Positions 13,301-27,963 of a stretch of 64,000 nt of DNA are shown here, piece after piece. This stretch comes from Amphiscolops sp. MND2022 (Eukaryota): positions 33,916,001 through 33,980,000 of the forward strand of contig OZ076412.1 in assembly GCA_964187785.1 (NCBI GenBank), in the 5' to 3' direction. The notes under the pieces are model-generated. The model did not search any database, was not told the origin of the DNA, and was given only the letters and a program-made list of their open reading frames with translations. Both the position numbers and the translations under genes were made by a program. Positions within the stretch are counted from its first letter, which is position 1, and the number at the start of each line of letters is the position of its first letter.

Positions 13301-16300
13301 GTGAAAATTTTTCACCGAGTCCAACGACGAAATATTCAGCTATCTATGACATACATAACTTCTTTCTTCTAACTTTTCAGAAGAAATCTGACGTTTTTGA
13401 TCAAAGTTTGCCCCAGATGCCCCTGAACGTTTTTTTCCGGAATTCCACCGTGTTAGGCTGTTTTTGTACAATTTTTGAATGTTTGGTGGATTTGAACATG
13501 CACAGAGTTCGAAGACAAAACCTTTCAGTAGCAAATTTTTGTATAAAGAAGTCCGAAGTTTATGTTACAGAAAAACTCAAAAGCCCATATAGAAAATTAC
13601 CAATAATCCACGGTCTTTGGCGATAATAAGCAATTTCTTTACAGTAATTGGATGTTCCGGTCTACAGTGGTATCCACACATTATGAAGACAAACCTACCA
13701 CAACTTGGCATAATCTTCAGTAGAGAAATCCGTTTATCGCTTTAAAAAGCTTCGAAATGCTGAAGGGTCAATCGCTGAAAAAGATATATCCCTTAATGCA
13801 GCGACAAAAAGGAATTAATTTTTGTTGACGTCACCAATGTCTTATACCTCTGTTAATTGGATTTCTCAGACGGGATTTGCGCTAACCATGCCAACCACCT
13901 TGGTAACGGCTTTTTGTCTTGTTTGAAGTCTTGTCTGTACTGAACATCTGACAAGTATGTTGAGTAATCCATTCGAAGACCCGATTGACCGTAAAATCTT
14001 TCTTTGATAAAGCGTAAAATGATCGTCAGATAAAGTCTAGACTCCAAAATTACAGCTATTGAATACTTTTAATGCGTCTTTAAGTGCTACGTTCGAAACA
14101 CATCTTTTAAATCCGGATAGTTTGAGTGTACGATCTATGTTTTAGTCATTGTAAAATCCTCAATGTTTTTGAACTGGAGTCTCGTATAAGGGTATTTGCT
14201 GGATTGATATGCGCCGAACTTGGTGATCGCAAAGTTTTGTGTTTGTTCGAATGCTGCTAACTGTTCAGATGTTTTTTTATTTCAGTACTTCTTCCACTTC
14301 TGTGTCTGATCAGCAACGCCACAGACCTACCTTAAATAATTCATTTCAAATTAGTTTTTGTTTTGTAGGTATTAGATAATGACTGTATCGATTTGTAATC
14401 AGCGCATTCTATAAGGTAATGGGCCTGACCAATACAGTGACTAGTTTTATCCGTAAAACCACAGAGCATACGTGAATAGTGCTCTCTCAACTATAAACTT
14501 TTTAAGTTTTAAACCCCAGAATTTGAACCCCAGCAGCCATGCAAACTTCCTAAGGAGACAAGAGACAGCTGTCGGTTCGATGCCTGTGACTAATTATCTT
14601 TGGTTGCAAACAGTTGACTTACCAAAGGTCAACCTTTTTGTTTTATGGTTCTGTGCGACGTAAGTTAAGAGCCACCCCGAGCTTTTTAATATGGCACCGA
14701 GTTTTTTGAGCTTTGAGCGTTGCGCCGATTATAGACATTCCCGTCTTCTTGTCCAGATTCTGATATAGGAAAGGGAAGTTATGTACATTTTTCTTCTTTT
14801 ACCTTGCATATTAATGTTGTAAACCCGAATGATGAAAGTTCTTCCACAGATACCAACTACCATAATTTAGTTTTTTTGTGAAGTATGTAATTGTAGAGAT
14901 ATCCGAACGTTTTGTAAAACAATTTTTCTGAGCGTTTTTGATTGTTAAAAATGAGAACATCCACAAAAACTCTAGAAGAGGAAACCGAAGTTTCTAATGG
15001 AAAAAGTTTACCGTGACAAAAACTATCGAAACCTCCAACCTTTTCCTATTTTTTTTCTCTGAAAGTTTCGTACAGTTTTTGATAGTAGTGTAAAATTTTC
15101 ACCGAGTCGAACGACGAAATATTCAGCTATCTATGACATACATAAATTCCATCTTCTAACTTTTTAGAAGAAATCTGACGTTTTTGATCAAAGTTTGCCC
15201 CAGATGCCCCTGAACGTTTTTTTTCCGGAATTCCACCGTGTTAGGTTGTTTTTGTACAATTTTTGAATGTTTGGTGGATTCGAATATGCACAGAGTTCGA
15301 AGACAAAATCTTTCAGTAGGAAATTTTTGTAGAGAAGTCCGAAGTTTGTGTTCCAGAAAAACTCAAAAGCCCATATAGAAAATTACCAATAATCCACGGT
15401 CTTTGGCGATAATAAGCAATTTCTTTACAGTAATTGGATGTTCCGGTCTATAGTGGTATCCACACATTTTGAAGACAAACCTACCACAACTTGGCATAAT
15501 CTTCAGTAGAGAAATCCGTTTATCGCTTTAAAAAGCTTCGAAGTGCTGAAGGGTCAATCGCTGAAAAAGATATACCCCTTAATGCAGCGACAAAAAGGAA
15601 TTAATTTTTGTTGACGTCACCATTGTCTTATAGCTCTGTTAATTGGATTTGCGTCTTTGAGTGCTATGTTCGATATACATCATCTTTTAAATGCGGATAG
15701 TTTGAGTGTACGATCTGTTTTAGTCATTGCAAAATCCTCAATATTTTTGAACTGGATTCTCGTATGAGGGTATTTGCTGGATTGATGTGCGTCGATTTTG
15801 GTGGTCGCAAAGGTTTGTGTTTGTTCGAATGCTGCTAACTGTTCAGATGTTTTTTTTTATTTCAGTACTTCCATTTCTGCGTCTGATCAGCAACGCCACA
15901 GACATACTTTAAATAATTTATTTCAAATTAGTTTTTGTTTTGTAGGTATTAGATAATGACTGTATCGATTTGTAATCAGCGCATTCTATAAGGTTATGGG
16001 CCTGACTAATACAGTGACTAGTTTTATCCGTAAAACCACAGAGTATTTGTGAATAGTGCTCTCTCAACTATAAACTTCTTAAGTTTTAAACCCCAGAATT
16101 TGAACCCCAGCAGCCATGCAAACTTCCTAAGGAGACAAGAGACAGCTGTCGGTTCGATGCCTGTGACTAATTATCTTTGGTTGCAACAGTTGACTTATCA
16201 AAGGTCAACCTTTTTGTTTTATGGTTCTGTGCGACGTAAGTTAGAAGCCACCCCGAGCTTTTTAATATGGCACCGAGTTTTTTGAGCTTTGAGCGGTGCG

Positions 16301-19300
16301 CCGATTATAGACATTCCCGTCTTCTTGTCCAGATTCCGATATAGGAAAGGGAAGTTATGTACATTTTTTCTTCTTTTACCTTGCATATTAATGTTGTAAA
16401 CCCGAATGATGAAAGTTCTTCCACAGATACCAACTACCATAATTTAGTTTTTTGTGAAGTATGTAATTGTAGAGATATCCGAACGTTTTGTAAAACAATT
16501 TTTCTGAGCGTTTTTGATTGTTAAAAATGAGAACATCCACAAAAACTCTAGAAGAGGAAACCGAAGTTTCTAATGGAAAAAGTTTAACGTGACAAAAACT
16601 ATCGAAACCTCCAACCTTTTCCTATTTTTTTCTCTGGAAATTTCGTACAGTTTTTGATAGTAGTGTAAAATTTTCACCGAGTCGAACGACGAAATATTCA
16701 GCTATCTATGACATACATAAATTCTATCTTCTAACTTTTTAGAAGAAATCTGACGTTTTTGATCAAAGTTTGCCCCAGATGCCCCTGAACGTTTTTTTTC
16801 CGGAATTCCACCGTGTTAGGTTGTTTTTGTACAGTTTTTGAATGTTTGGTGGATTTGAATATGCACAGAGTTCGAAGACAAAATCTTTCAGTAGGAAATT
16901 TTTGTATAGAGAAGTCCGAAGTTTGTGTTCCAGAAAAACTCAAAAGCCCATATAGAAAATTACCAATAATCCACGGTCTTTGGCGATAATAAGCAATTTC
17001 TTTACAGTAATTGGATGTTCCGGTCTATAGTGGTATCCACACATTTTGAAGACAAACCTACCACAACTTGGCATAATCTTCAGTAGAGAAATCCGTTTAT
17101 CGCTTTAAAAAGCTTCGAAGTGCTGAAGGGTCAATCGCTGAAAAAGATATACCCCTTAATGCAGCGACAAAAAGGAATTAATTTTTGTTGACGTCACCAT
17201 TGTCTTATACCTCTGTTAATTGGATTTGCGTCTTTGAGTGCTATGTTCGATATACATCATCTTTTAAATGCGGATAGTTTGAGTGTACGATCTATGTTTT
17301 TGTCATTGCAAAATCCTCAATGTTTTTGAACTGGAGTCTCGTATGAGGGTATTTGCTGGATTGATGTGCGCCGAACTTGGTGGTCGCAAAGTTTTGTGTT
17401 TGTTCGAATGCTGCTAACTGTTCAGATGTTTTTTTTTATTTCAGTACTTCTTCCATTTCTGCGTCTGATCAGCAACGCCACAGACATACCTTAAATAATT
17501 TATTTCAAATTAGTTTTTGTTTTGTAGGTATTAGATAATGACTGTATCGATTTGTAATCAGCGCATTCTATAAGGTTATGGGCCTGACTAATACAGTGAC
17601 TAGTTTTATCCGTAAAACCACAGAGTATATGTGAATAGTGCTCTCTCAACTTAAGTTTTAAACCCCAGAATGTGAACCCCAGCAGCCATGCAAACTTCCT
17701 AAGGAGACAGGAGACAGCTGTCGGTTGGATGCCTGTGACTAATTATCTTTGGTTGCAAACAGTTGACTTATCAAAGGTCAACCTTTTGGTTTTACGGCTC
17801 TTTGCGATGTAAGTTAAGAGTCACCCCGAGCTTTTTAATATGGCACCGAGTTTTTTGAGTCTTGAGCGGAGCGCTTGTTACAGACATTCCCGTCTTTTTT
17901 GTCCATATTCCCATATAGGAAAGGCAAGTTATCTACATTTTTTCCCTCTTTTTCTAATGCATTTTCAACCTTTTTTATACCCAAGTGACGAAAGTTCTTC
18001 CACAGATATCAACTGTCATAATTTTGGTTTGTGGTGTATGTAATTGTAGAGTTATCTGAACGTTTTGTAGAACAAGTATTCTGAGCGTTTTTGATTGTTA
18101 AAAATGAGAACATCCACAAAAACTCTAGAAGAGGAAACCGAAGTTTCTAATGGAAAAAGTTTAACGTGACAAAAACTATCGAAACCTCCAACTTTTTCCT
18201 ATTTTTTTTCGCTGGAAGTTTTTTACAGTTTTTGATAGGTGTGAAAAATTTTCACCAAGTCCATCGACGAAATATTCAACTATCCATGCCATACATAACT
18301 TCTATCATCTAACTTTTTAGAAGAAATCTGACGTTTTTTGTTCAAAATTTGTTTCAAAATTACGTACTTTGACTGGTTTCCACTTCACACACGAATGGAA
18401 GCATCGTTTAGTGTTATTTTTACTCCCGGTGTGTACCAAAATTCTGATTACCCTGTGCATCACAATCCACGATGAACACGATGCACTGTTTGACTAGAAT
18501 ACGGTTCGCTCTCGTTTTACGGAAAAAACAGTTTACACTTGATGATAAATCCCACTTTTGCGGCATATGTATCATAATGCTTCTTCCTCTTCTGCGTCTA
18601 ATGTAATTCTCTTCAGCAATGCCACAGACATACATTGTTTTTATTTTAAATAAGTTGTTGCTTGGTAGATATTAGATAATGAGTTTCGATTTGTAATCGG
18701 CGCATTTTATAAGGAATTGGGCCCGAATATTACAGTGGCTAATTTCCCCCCGTGAAACCACGGAATGTATGCGAATAGTGCTTTATCAACAATAGACATT
18801 TTTCAACACTTATGATAAAAGCGTTTTTTCGAGACCGCAGTCATGAAAATTTAATAAAAGCCACCCTGAGCTTTTTATTCAGGCTTCGAGTTTTTTGAGC
18901 CTTGAGCGGGGAGCGCTTGTTATAGACATTCCCGTCTTTTTTGTCCATATTCCCATATAGGAAATGCAAGTTAATTACATTTTTTCCCTCTTTTTCCCTG
19001 GCATATTCAACCTTTTTCATACACAAGTGACGAAAGTTCTTCCACAGATATCAACTGTCATAATTTTGGTTTATGGTTTTGTATTTGTAGAGATATCTGA
19101 ACGTTTTGTAGAACAAGTATTCTGAGCGTTTTTGATTGAGAATTAGAACATCCACAAAAATCTAGAAGATGAAACCGAAGATTTTAATGGAAAGAGTTTA
19201 ACGTGACACCATAACTATCCGATGTTCCAACCAAAAGTTTGAAGACAAAACATTTTATTACCGAATGTTTGAATAGAGCAATCCGAAGTTTGTGTTTCAA

Positions 19301-20440
19301 AGTAGTTTAACATGACACCAAAACAATCGAAACTTCAAACCTTTTCCAATTTTTTCTCAGGAAGTTTTTGATAGCTGTGAAAAATTTTCTCCAAGTTCAA
19401 CGACGAAATATTCAGCTATGTATGACACTCATAACTTCTGACTATCTTCCAACTTTCTAGAAGAAATGTGACGTTTTTCGTTCAAAATTGCTCCAGATGC
19501 CCCTGAACGTATTTTTATCCGCAATTCGACCGTGTTAGTTTGTATTTGTACAGTTTTTGAACGTTTGGAGGATGTGAACATGCACAGAGTTCGAAGACAA
19601 AACCTTTTATTAGCAGTTTTTTGGATAGAGAAGTCCGAACTTTGTGATCCAAAAAACTTAAAACCCCATATAGAAAAACCAATATTCCACGGTCTTCGGC
19701 GATGATAAGCAATTTCTTTGCAGTAATTGGATGTTCTGGTCTGTAGTGGCATCCACACATTTCGAAGACAAACCTACCACAACTTGGCATAATTTTTAGT
19801 TGAGATATCCGTTTATCACTTAAAAAAGATTCGAAGTCCTGAATGTTCAATCGCTGAAAAAATATATCCCTCAATGATTAAAAAAAGGAATGATTTTTTG
19901 TTGAAGTCACCATTGTCTTATACTTCTGTTGATTGGTTTTTTCAGACGGGATTTGCGCTAACCATACCGACCACCTTGGTAACGGCCTTTTTGTCTTGTT
20001 TGATCTAATATGTTTAGTAATCCATTCAAAGACCTGATTGACCGTAAACTTTCATTGATAAGCCGGAAAATGATTGTCAGAAAAGCCTAGACACCACCAA
20101 AATTACCGCTAATGAATACTTTCAATGCGTCTTTAAGTGCTGTGATCGATACACATCATCTTGTATATGCGGATAGGTTGAGTGTGCGGTCTATGTTTTA
20201 GTCTATATGAAATCCTCAATGGTTTCGACCTGGAACCTCGCATAAGGGTATTTGCGGAATTCAAGTGTGCCGAACTCGGTAATCACAAAATTTTGTGTTG
20301 GTTTTCGAATGCTGCTGATTGTTCAGATGTTGTTTTCTAAAAATCGTTAAGACTATTTATCTGTTGATTAATTCCTACATATTTCGAATGATTAATGCAT
20401 TGCCCCCAAGACTAATAGTACTTCTTTTTATTTTAGTACT

Positions 20441-20737
20441 CATCGCGATACATATGCCGCAACGAACTAGCAAGATCTTGCTAGTTCGATTAACAGTCAA
20501 TAAAAACGCGTTGTTATTCCAGATACGCGTTACGAGTTTTGCTCGTTACACTGTGATTTGGCGTTACGCGTAGTGATCAAAGATCAGTAAATGACTACTT
20601 TACAATCTCTACAATTACGTACTTTGACTGGTTTCCACTTCACACACGAATGGAAGAATCGTTTAGTGTTATTTTTACTCTCGGTGTGTACCAAAATTCT
20701 GATTACCCTGTGCATCACAATCCACGATGAACACGAT
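20441..20737. mobile_element. Right-truncated copy of the TIR element
   Basis: Left TIR at 20441. The sequence breaks at GAACACGATG and joins ACATTCCCGTC of the monomer (deletion junction). Confidence 0.8.
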
Positions 20738-23340
20738 GACATTCCCGTCTTTTTTGTCCATATTCCCATATAGGAAAGGCAAGTTATCTACATTTTTTCC
20801 TTCTTTTTCTATTGCATTTTCAACCTTTTTTATACCCAAGTGACGAAAGTTCTTCCACAGATATCAACTGTCATAATTTTGGTTTGTGGTGTATGTAATT
20901 GTAGAGTTATCTGAATGTTTTGTAGAACAAGTATTCTGAGCGTTTTTGATTGTTAAAAATGAGAACATCCACAAAAACTCTAGAAGAGGAAACCGAAGTT
21001 TCTAATGGAAAAAGTTTAACGTGACAAAACTATCGAAACCTCCAACCTTTTCCTATTTTTTTTCGCTGGAAGTTTTTTACAGTTTTTGATAGGTGTGAAA
21101 AATTTTCACCAAGTCCATCGACGAAATATTCAACTATCCATGCCATACATAACTTCTATCATCTAACTTTTTAGAAGAAATCTGACGTTTTTTGTTCAAA
21201 ATTTGTTTCAAAATTACGTACTTTGACTGGTTTCCACTTCACACACGAATGGAAGCATCGTTTAGTGTTATTTTTACTCTCGGTGTGTACCAAAATTCTG
21301 ATTACCCTGTGCATCACAATCCACGATGAACACGATGCACTGTTTGACTAGAATACGGTTTGCTCTCGTTTTACGGAAAAAACAGTTTACACTTGATGAT
21401 AAATCCCACTTTTGCGGCATATGTATCATAATGCTTCTTCCTCTTCTGCGTCTAATGTAATTCTCTTCAGCAATGCCACAGACATACATTGTTTTTATTT
21501 TAAATAAGTTGTTGCTTGGTAGATATTAGATAATGAGTTTCGATTTGTAATCGGCGCATTTTATAAGGAATTGGGCCCGAATATTACAGAGGCTAATTTC
21601 CCCCCGTGAAACAACGGAATGTATGCGAATAGTGCTTTATCAACAATAGACATTTTTGAACACTTATGATAAAAGCGTTTTTTCGAGACCGCAGTCAAGA
21701 AAATTTAATAAAAGCCACCCTGAGCTTTTTATTCAGGCTTCGAGTTTTTTGAGCCTTGAGCGGGGAGCGCTTGTTATAGACATTCCCGTCTTTTTTGTCC
21801 ATATTACCATATAGGAAATGCAAGTTATTTACATTTTTTCCCTCTTTTTCCCTTGCATATTCAACCTTTTTCATACACAAGTGACGAAAGTTCTTCCACA
21901 GATATCAACTGTCATAATTTTGGTTTGTGGTTTTGTATTTGTAGAGATATCTGATCGTTTTGTAGAACAAGTATTCTGAGCGTCTTTGATTGAGAATTAG
22001 AACATCCACAAATATCTAGAAGATGAAACCGAAGATTTTAATGGAAAGAGTTTAACGTGACACCATAACTATCCGATGTTCCAACCAAAAGTTTGAAGAC
22101 AAAACATTTTAATACCGAATGTTTGAATAGAACAATCCGAAGTTTGTGTTTCAAAAAATCCGAGAAGCCCAGAAGGAAAATTATGTTTTTAATGGAAATA
22201 GTTTAACATGACATCAAAACAATCGAAACTTCAAACCTTTTCCAATTTTTTCTCAGGAAGTTTTTGATAGCTGTGTAAAATTTTCTCCAAGTTCAACGAC
22301 GAAAAATTCAGCTATGTATGACACTCATAACTTCTGACTATCTTCCAACTTTCTAGAAGAAATGTGACGTTTTTTGTTCAAAATTTGCTCCAGATGCCCC
22401 TGAACGTAATATTATCCCAAATTCGACCGTGTTAGTTTGTATTTGTACAGTTTTTGAACGTTTGGAGGATGTGAACATGCACAGAGTTCGAAGACAAAAC
22501 CTTTTATTAGCAGTTTTTTGGATAGAGAAGTCCGAACTTTGTGATCCAAAAAACTTAAAACCCCATATAGAAAAACCAATATTCCACGGTCTTCGGCGAT
22601 GATAAGCAATTTCTTTGCAGTAATTGGATGTTCTGGTCTGTAGTGGCATCCACACATTTTGAAGACAAACCTACCACAACTTGGCATAATTTTTAGTTGA
22701 GATATCCGTTTATCACTTAAAAAAGATTCGAAGTCCTGAATGTTCAATCGCTGAAAAAATATATCCCCCAATGATTAAATCAAATAGGAATGATTTTTTG
22801 TTGAAGTCACTATTGTCTTATACTTCTGTTGATTGGTTTGTTCAGACGGGATTTGCGCTAACCATACCGACCACCTTCGTAACGGCCTTTTTGTCTTGTT
22901 TGATCTAATATGTTTAGTAATCCATTCAAAGACCTGATTGACCGTAAACTTTCATTGATAAGCCGGAAAATGATTGTCAGAAAAGCCTAGACACCACCAA
23001 AATTACCGCTAATGAATACTTTCAATGCGTCTTTAAGTGCTGTGATCGATACACATCATCTTGTATATGCGGATAGGTTGAGTGTGCGGTCTATGTTTTA
23101 GTCTATATGAAATCCTCAATGGTTTCGACCTGGAACCTCGCATAAGGGTATTTGCGGAATTCAAGTGTGCCGAACTCGGTAATCCCAAAATTTTGTGTTG
23201 GTTTTCGAATGCTGCTAATTGTTCAGATGTTGTTTTCTAAAAATCGTTAAGACTATTTATCTGTTGATTAATTCCTACATATTTCGAATGATTAATGCAT
23301 TGCCCCCAAGACTAATAGTACTTCTTTTTATTTTAGTACT

Positions 23341-23736
23341 CATCGCGATACATATGCCGCAACGAACTAGCAAGATCTTGCTAGTTCGATTAACAGTCAA
23401 TAAAAACGCGTTCTTATTCGAGATACGCGTTACGAGTTTTGCTCGTTACACTGTGTGATTTGGCGTTACGCGTAGTGATCAAAGATCAGTAAATGACTAC
23501 TTTACAATCTCTACAATTACCTACTTTGACTGGTTTCCACTTCACACACGAATGGAAGAATCGTTTAGTGTTATTTTTACTCTCGGTGTGTACCAAAATT
23601 CTGATTACCCTGTGCATCACAATCCACGATGAACACGATGCACTGTTTGACTAGAATACGGTTCGCTCTCGTTTTACGGAACATACAGTTTACACTTGAT
23701 GATAAATTCCACTTTTGCGGCATATGTATCGTAATG
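23341..23736. mobile_element. 396-bp non-autonomous TIR DNA transposon (MITE-like), 22-bp TIRs, 2-bp TSD CT; possibly CMC/CACTA-type
   Basis: The left end is CATCGCGATACATATGCCGCAA (CATTACGATACATATGCCGCAA in the 25487 copy) and the right end is TTGCGGCATATGTATCGTAATG. The filled site reads agtaCT[element]CTtcttcc versus the empty site agtaCTtcttcc in other monomers. There is an internal 26-bp perfect palindrome CGAACTAGCAAGATCTTGCTAGTTCG at 23363-23388. Confidence 0.85.
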
Positions 23737-25486
23737 CTTCTTCCTCTTCTGCGTCTAATGTAATTCTCTTCAGCAATGCCACAGACATACATTGTTTTTA
23801 TTTTAAATTGTTGCTTTGTAGATATTAGATAGTGAGTTTCGATTTGTAATCGGCGCATTTTATAAGGAATTGGGCCCGATTATTACAGTGGCTAATTTCC
23901 CCCGTGAAACCACGGAATAAATGTGAGTAGTGCTTTCTCAACAATAGAAATTTTCCAACACTTATAAGAAAAGCGTTTTTCGAGACCGCAGTTATGAAAA
24001 TTTAATAAAAGCCACCCTGAGCTTTTTATTAAAGCTTCGAGTTTTTTTAGCCTTGAGCGGAGCGCTTGTTATAGACATTCCCGTCTTTTTTGTCCATATT
24101 CCCATATAGGAAAGGGAGGTTATCTACTTTTTCCCCATTTTTCACTTGCATATTCAACCTTTTTTATACCCAAGTTACGAAAGTTCTTCCACAGATATCA
24201 AGTGTCATAATTTTGGTTTGTGGTGTATGTAGTTGTAGAGATATCTGAACGATTTTTAGAACAAGTATTCTGAGCGTTTTTGATTGTTGAGAATTAGAAC
24301 ATCCAAGAATATCTAGAAGACTGAAAATTTTATTGGAAAAGTTTAACGTGACACCAAAACTATCGATACTTCTAACCTTTTCCTATTTTTTTCTCGGGAA
24401 GTTTCGTACAGTTTTTGATAGGTGTGAACAATTTTCACCAAGTCCAACGACGAAATATTCAGCTATGTATGACACTCATAACTTCTGACTATCTTCTAAC
24501 TTTCTAGAAGAAATGTGACGTTTTTTGTTCAAAATTTGCTCCAAATGCCCCTGAACGTAATATTATCCCAAACTCGACCGTGTTAGTTTGTATTTGTACA
24601 GTTTTTGAAAGTTTGGTGGATGTGAACATGCACAGAGTTCGAAGACAAAACCTTTTAGTAGCAAATTTTTGAATAGAGAAATCCGAAGTTTGTGTTGAAA
24701 AAAAAACTCGAAAATCCCATAAGGAAAATTACCAATAATCCAGGATCTTCGGCGATGATAAGCAATTTCTTTACAGTAATTGGATTTTCTGGTCTGTAGT
24801 TGTATCCACGCATTTTGAAGACAAAACTACCCCAACTTGGCATAATTTTTAGTTGAGGAATCCGTTTATCACTTGAAAAAGCTTTGGTGTACTGAAGGTC
24901 CAATCGCTGAAAAATATCCCTTTATGCATTGGCGAAAAGGAATGATTTGTTGTTGACTTCACCATTGTCTTATACCTCTGTTGATTTGGTCTCACAGACG
25001 AGATTTGAGCTAACTATCCCAACCACCTTTGTAACAGCTTTTTTTGGCTTGTTTCACCCAATATGTTTAGTAATTCAAAGACAGGATTGACCGTAAAATC
25101 TTTCATGATAAGCCATAAAATGATTGTCAGAAAATTCTGGACGCCAAAAATACCGCTAATGAATACTTTCTTTGCGTCTTTAAGTGCTGTATTCGATACA
25201 CTTCATCTTGTATATGCGGATAGTTCGAGCGTGCGGTCTATGTTTTAGTCATTATGAAATCCTCAATGGTTTCGAACTGGAACCTCGCATAAGGGTATTT
25301 GCGGAATTCAAGTGTGCCGAACACGGTAATCCCAAACTTTTGTCTTGGGTTTTCGAATGCTGCTAATTGTTCAGATGTTGTTTTCTAAAAATCGTTAAGA
25401 CTATTTATCTGTTGATTAATTTTCTACAAATATCGAATGATTAATGCATTGACCCCAAGACCAATAGTACTTTTTATTTTAGTACT

Positions 25487-25859
25487 CATTACGATACATA
25501 TGCCGCAACGAACTAGCAAGGTCTTGCTAGTTCGAGAAACAGCCAATAAAAACGCGTTCTTATTCCAGATACGCGTTACGAATTTTGCTCTTCACACTGT
25601 GTGATTTGGCGTTACGCGTAGTGATCAAAATTCAGTAAATGACTACTTTACACTCTCTACAATTACGTACTTTGACTGGTTTCCACTTCACACACGAATG
25701 GAAGCACCGTTTGGTGTTATTTTTACTCTCGGTGTGTACCAAAGTTTTGATTACCCTGTGCATCACAATCCACGATGAATGCGATGCGCTGTTTGACTAG
25801 AATACAGTTCACTCTCGTTTTACGGAAAATACAGTTTACACTTGATAAATATCGTAATG
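25487..25859. mobile_element. Second near-complete copy of the TIR element (deletion in right TIR)
   Basis: Starts agtaCT-CATTACGATACATATGCCGCAA and ends ..TATCGTAATG-CTtcttcc. The internal sequence matches 23341-23736. Confidence 0.85.
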
Positions 25860-27963
25860 CTTCTTCCTCTTCTGCGTCTAATGTAATTCTCTTCAGCAAT
25901 GCCACAGACATACATTGTTTTTATTTTAAATAAGTTGTTGCTTTGTAGATATTAGATAATGAGTTTCGATTTGTAATCGGCGCATTTTATAGGGAATTGG
26001 GCCCGACTATTACAGTGGCTAATTTTCCCCCGTGAAACCACGAAATGTATGCGAATAGTGCTTTTTCAACAATAGATATTTTCCAACACTTATGATAAAA
26101 GCGTTTTTCGAAACCGCAGTTATGAAAATTTAATGAAAGCCACCCTGAGCTTTTTATTCAGGCTTCGAGTTTTTTGAGCCTTGAGCGGGGAGCGCTTGTT
26201 ATAGACATTCCCGTCTTTTTTGTCCATATTCCCATATAGGAAATGCAAGTTATTTACATTTTTCCCTCTTTTCCCTTGCATATTCAACCTTTTTCATACC
26301 CAAGTGACGAAAGTTCTTCCACAGATATCAACTGTCATAATTTTGGTTTGTGGTTATGTATTTGTAGAGATATCTGAACGTTTTGTAGAACAAGTATTCT
26401 GAGCGTTTTTGATTGTTGAGAAGTAGATCATCCACAAAAATCTAGAAGAGGAAACCGAAGATTTTAATGGAAAGAGTTTAACGTGACACCATAACTATCC
26501 GATGTTCCAACCAAAAGTTTGAAGACAAAACATTTTATTAACGAATGTTTGAATAGAGAAATCCGAAGTTTGTGTTTCAAAAAAAAATTCGAGAAGCCCA
26601 TAAGGAAAATTATGTTTTTAATGGAAATAGTTTAACATGACACCAAAACAATCGAAACTTCAAACCTTTTCCGATTTTTTCTCAGGAAGTTTTTGATAGT
26701 TGTGAAAAATTTTCTCCAAGTTCAACGACGAAATATTCAGCTATGTATGACACTCATAACTTCTGACTATCTTCCAACTTTCTAGAAGAAATGTGACGTT
26801 TTTTCAAAAATAGCTCCAGATGCCCCTGAACGTAGTTTTTGAACGTTTGGAGGATGTGAACATGCATAGAGTTCGAAGATAAAACCTTTCATTAGGAAAT
26901 TTTTGGATAGAGAAGTCCGAAGTTTGTGTTCCAAAAAACTCAAAAGCCCATATAGAAATATACCATTAATCCACGGTCTTCGGCGATGATAAGCAATTTC
27001 TTTGCAGTAATTGGATGTTCTGGTCTGTAGTGGCATCCACACATTTTGAAGACAAACCTACCACAACTTGGCATAATTTTTAGTTGAGATATCCGTTTAT
27101 CACTTGAAAAAGCTTCGAAGTACTGAAGGTTCAATCGCTGAAAAAGTATATTCCTCAATGATGAAATCAAAAAGGAATGATTTTTTGTTGAAGTCACCAT
27201 TGTCTTTTACTTCTGTTGATTGGTTTTTTCAGACGGGATTTGCGCTAACCATACCGACCACCTTGGTAAGGGCTTTTTTGTCTTGTTTGATCTAATTTGT
27301 TTAGTAATCCATTCAGAGACCTGATTGACCGTAAACTCTTTCATTGATAAGCCGGAAAATGATTGTCAGAAAAGTCAAGATACCACCAAAATTACCGCTA
27401 ATAAATACTTTTAATGCGTCTTTAAGTGCTGTGTTCGATAAACATCATCTTGTATATGCGGATAGTTTGAGTGTGCGGTCTTTGTTTTAATCCATATGAA
27501 ATCCTCAATAGTTTCGAACTGGAACCTCGCATAAGGGTATTTGGGGAATTCAAGTGTGCCGAACTCGGTAATCCCTAAATTGTGTTGGTTTTCGAATGCT
27601 GCTAATTGTTCAGATGTTGTTTTCTAAAAATCGTTAAGACTTTATCTGTTGAATAATTCCTACATATATCGAATGATTAATGCATTGCCCCCAAGACTAA
27701 TTGTACTTCTTTCTACTTTAGTGTTCTTCCACTTCTGCGTCTAATTTAATTCTGATCAGCAACGCCACAGGCATACATATCGTTTATTTCGAATAAGTTA
27801 CTGTTTTGTAGATATTAGATAATGACAGTTCCGTTATGTATTCGGTGCATTCTACGAGGAGATGGCCCGACTATTACATTCGCTAATTTCCCCCCGTGAA
27901 ACCACGGAATGTATGCGAATAGCGCTTCATCAACAATAGAAATATTCCAACACTTGTGATAAA

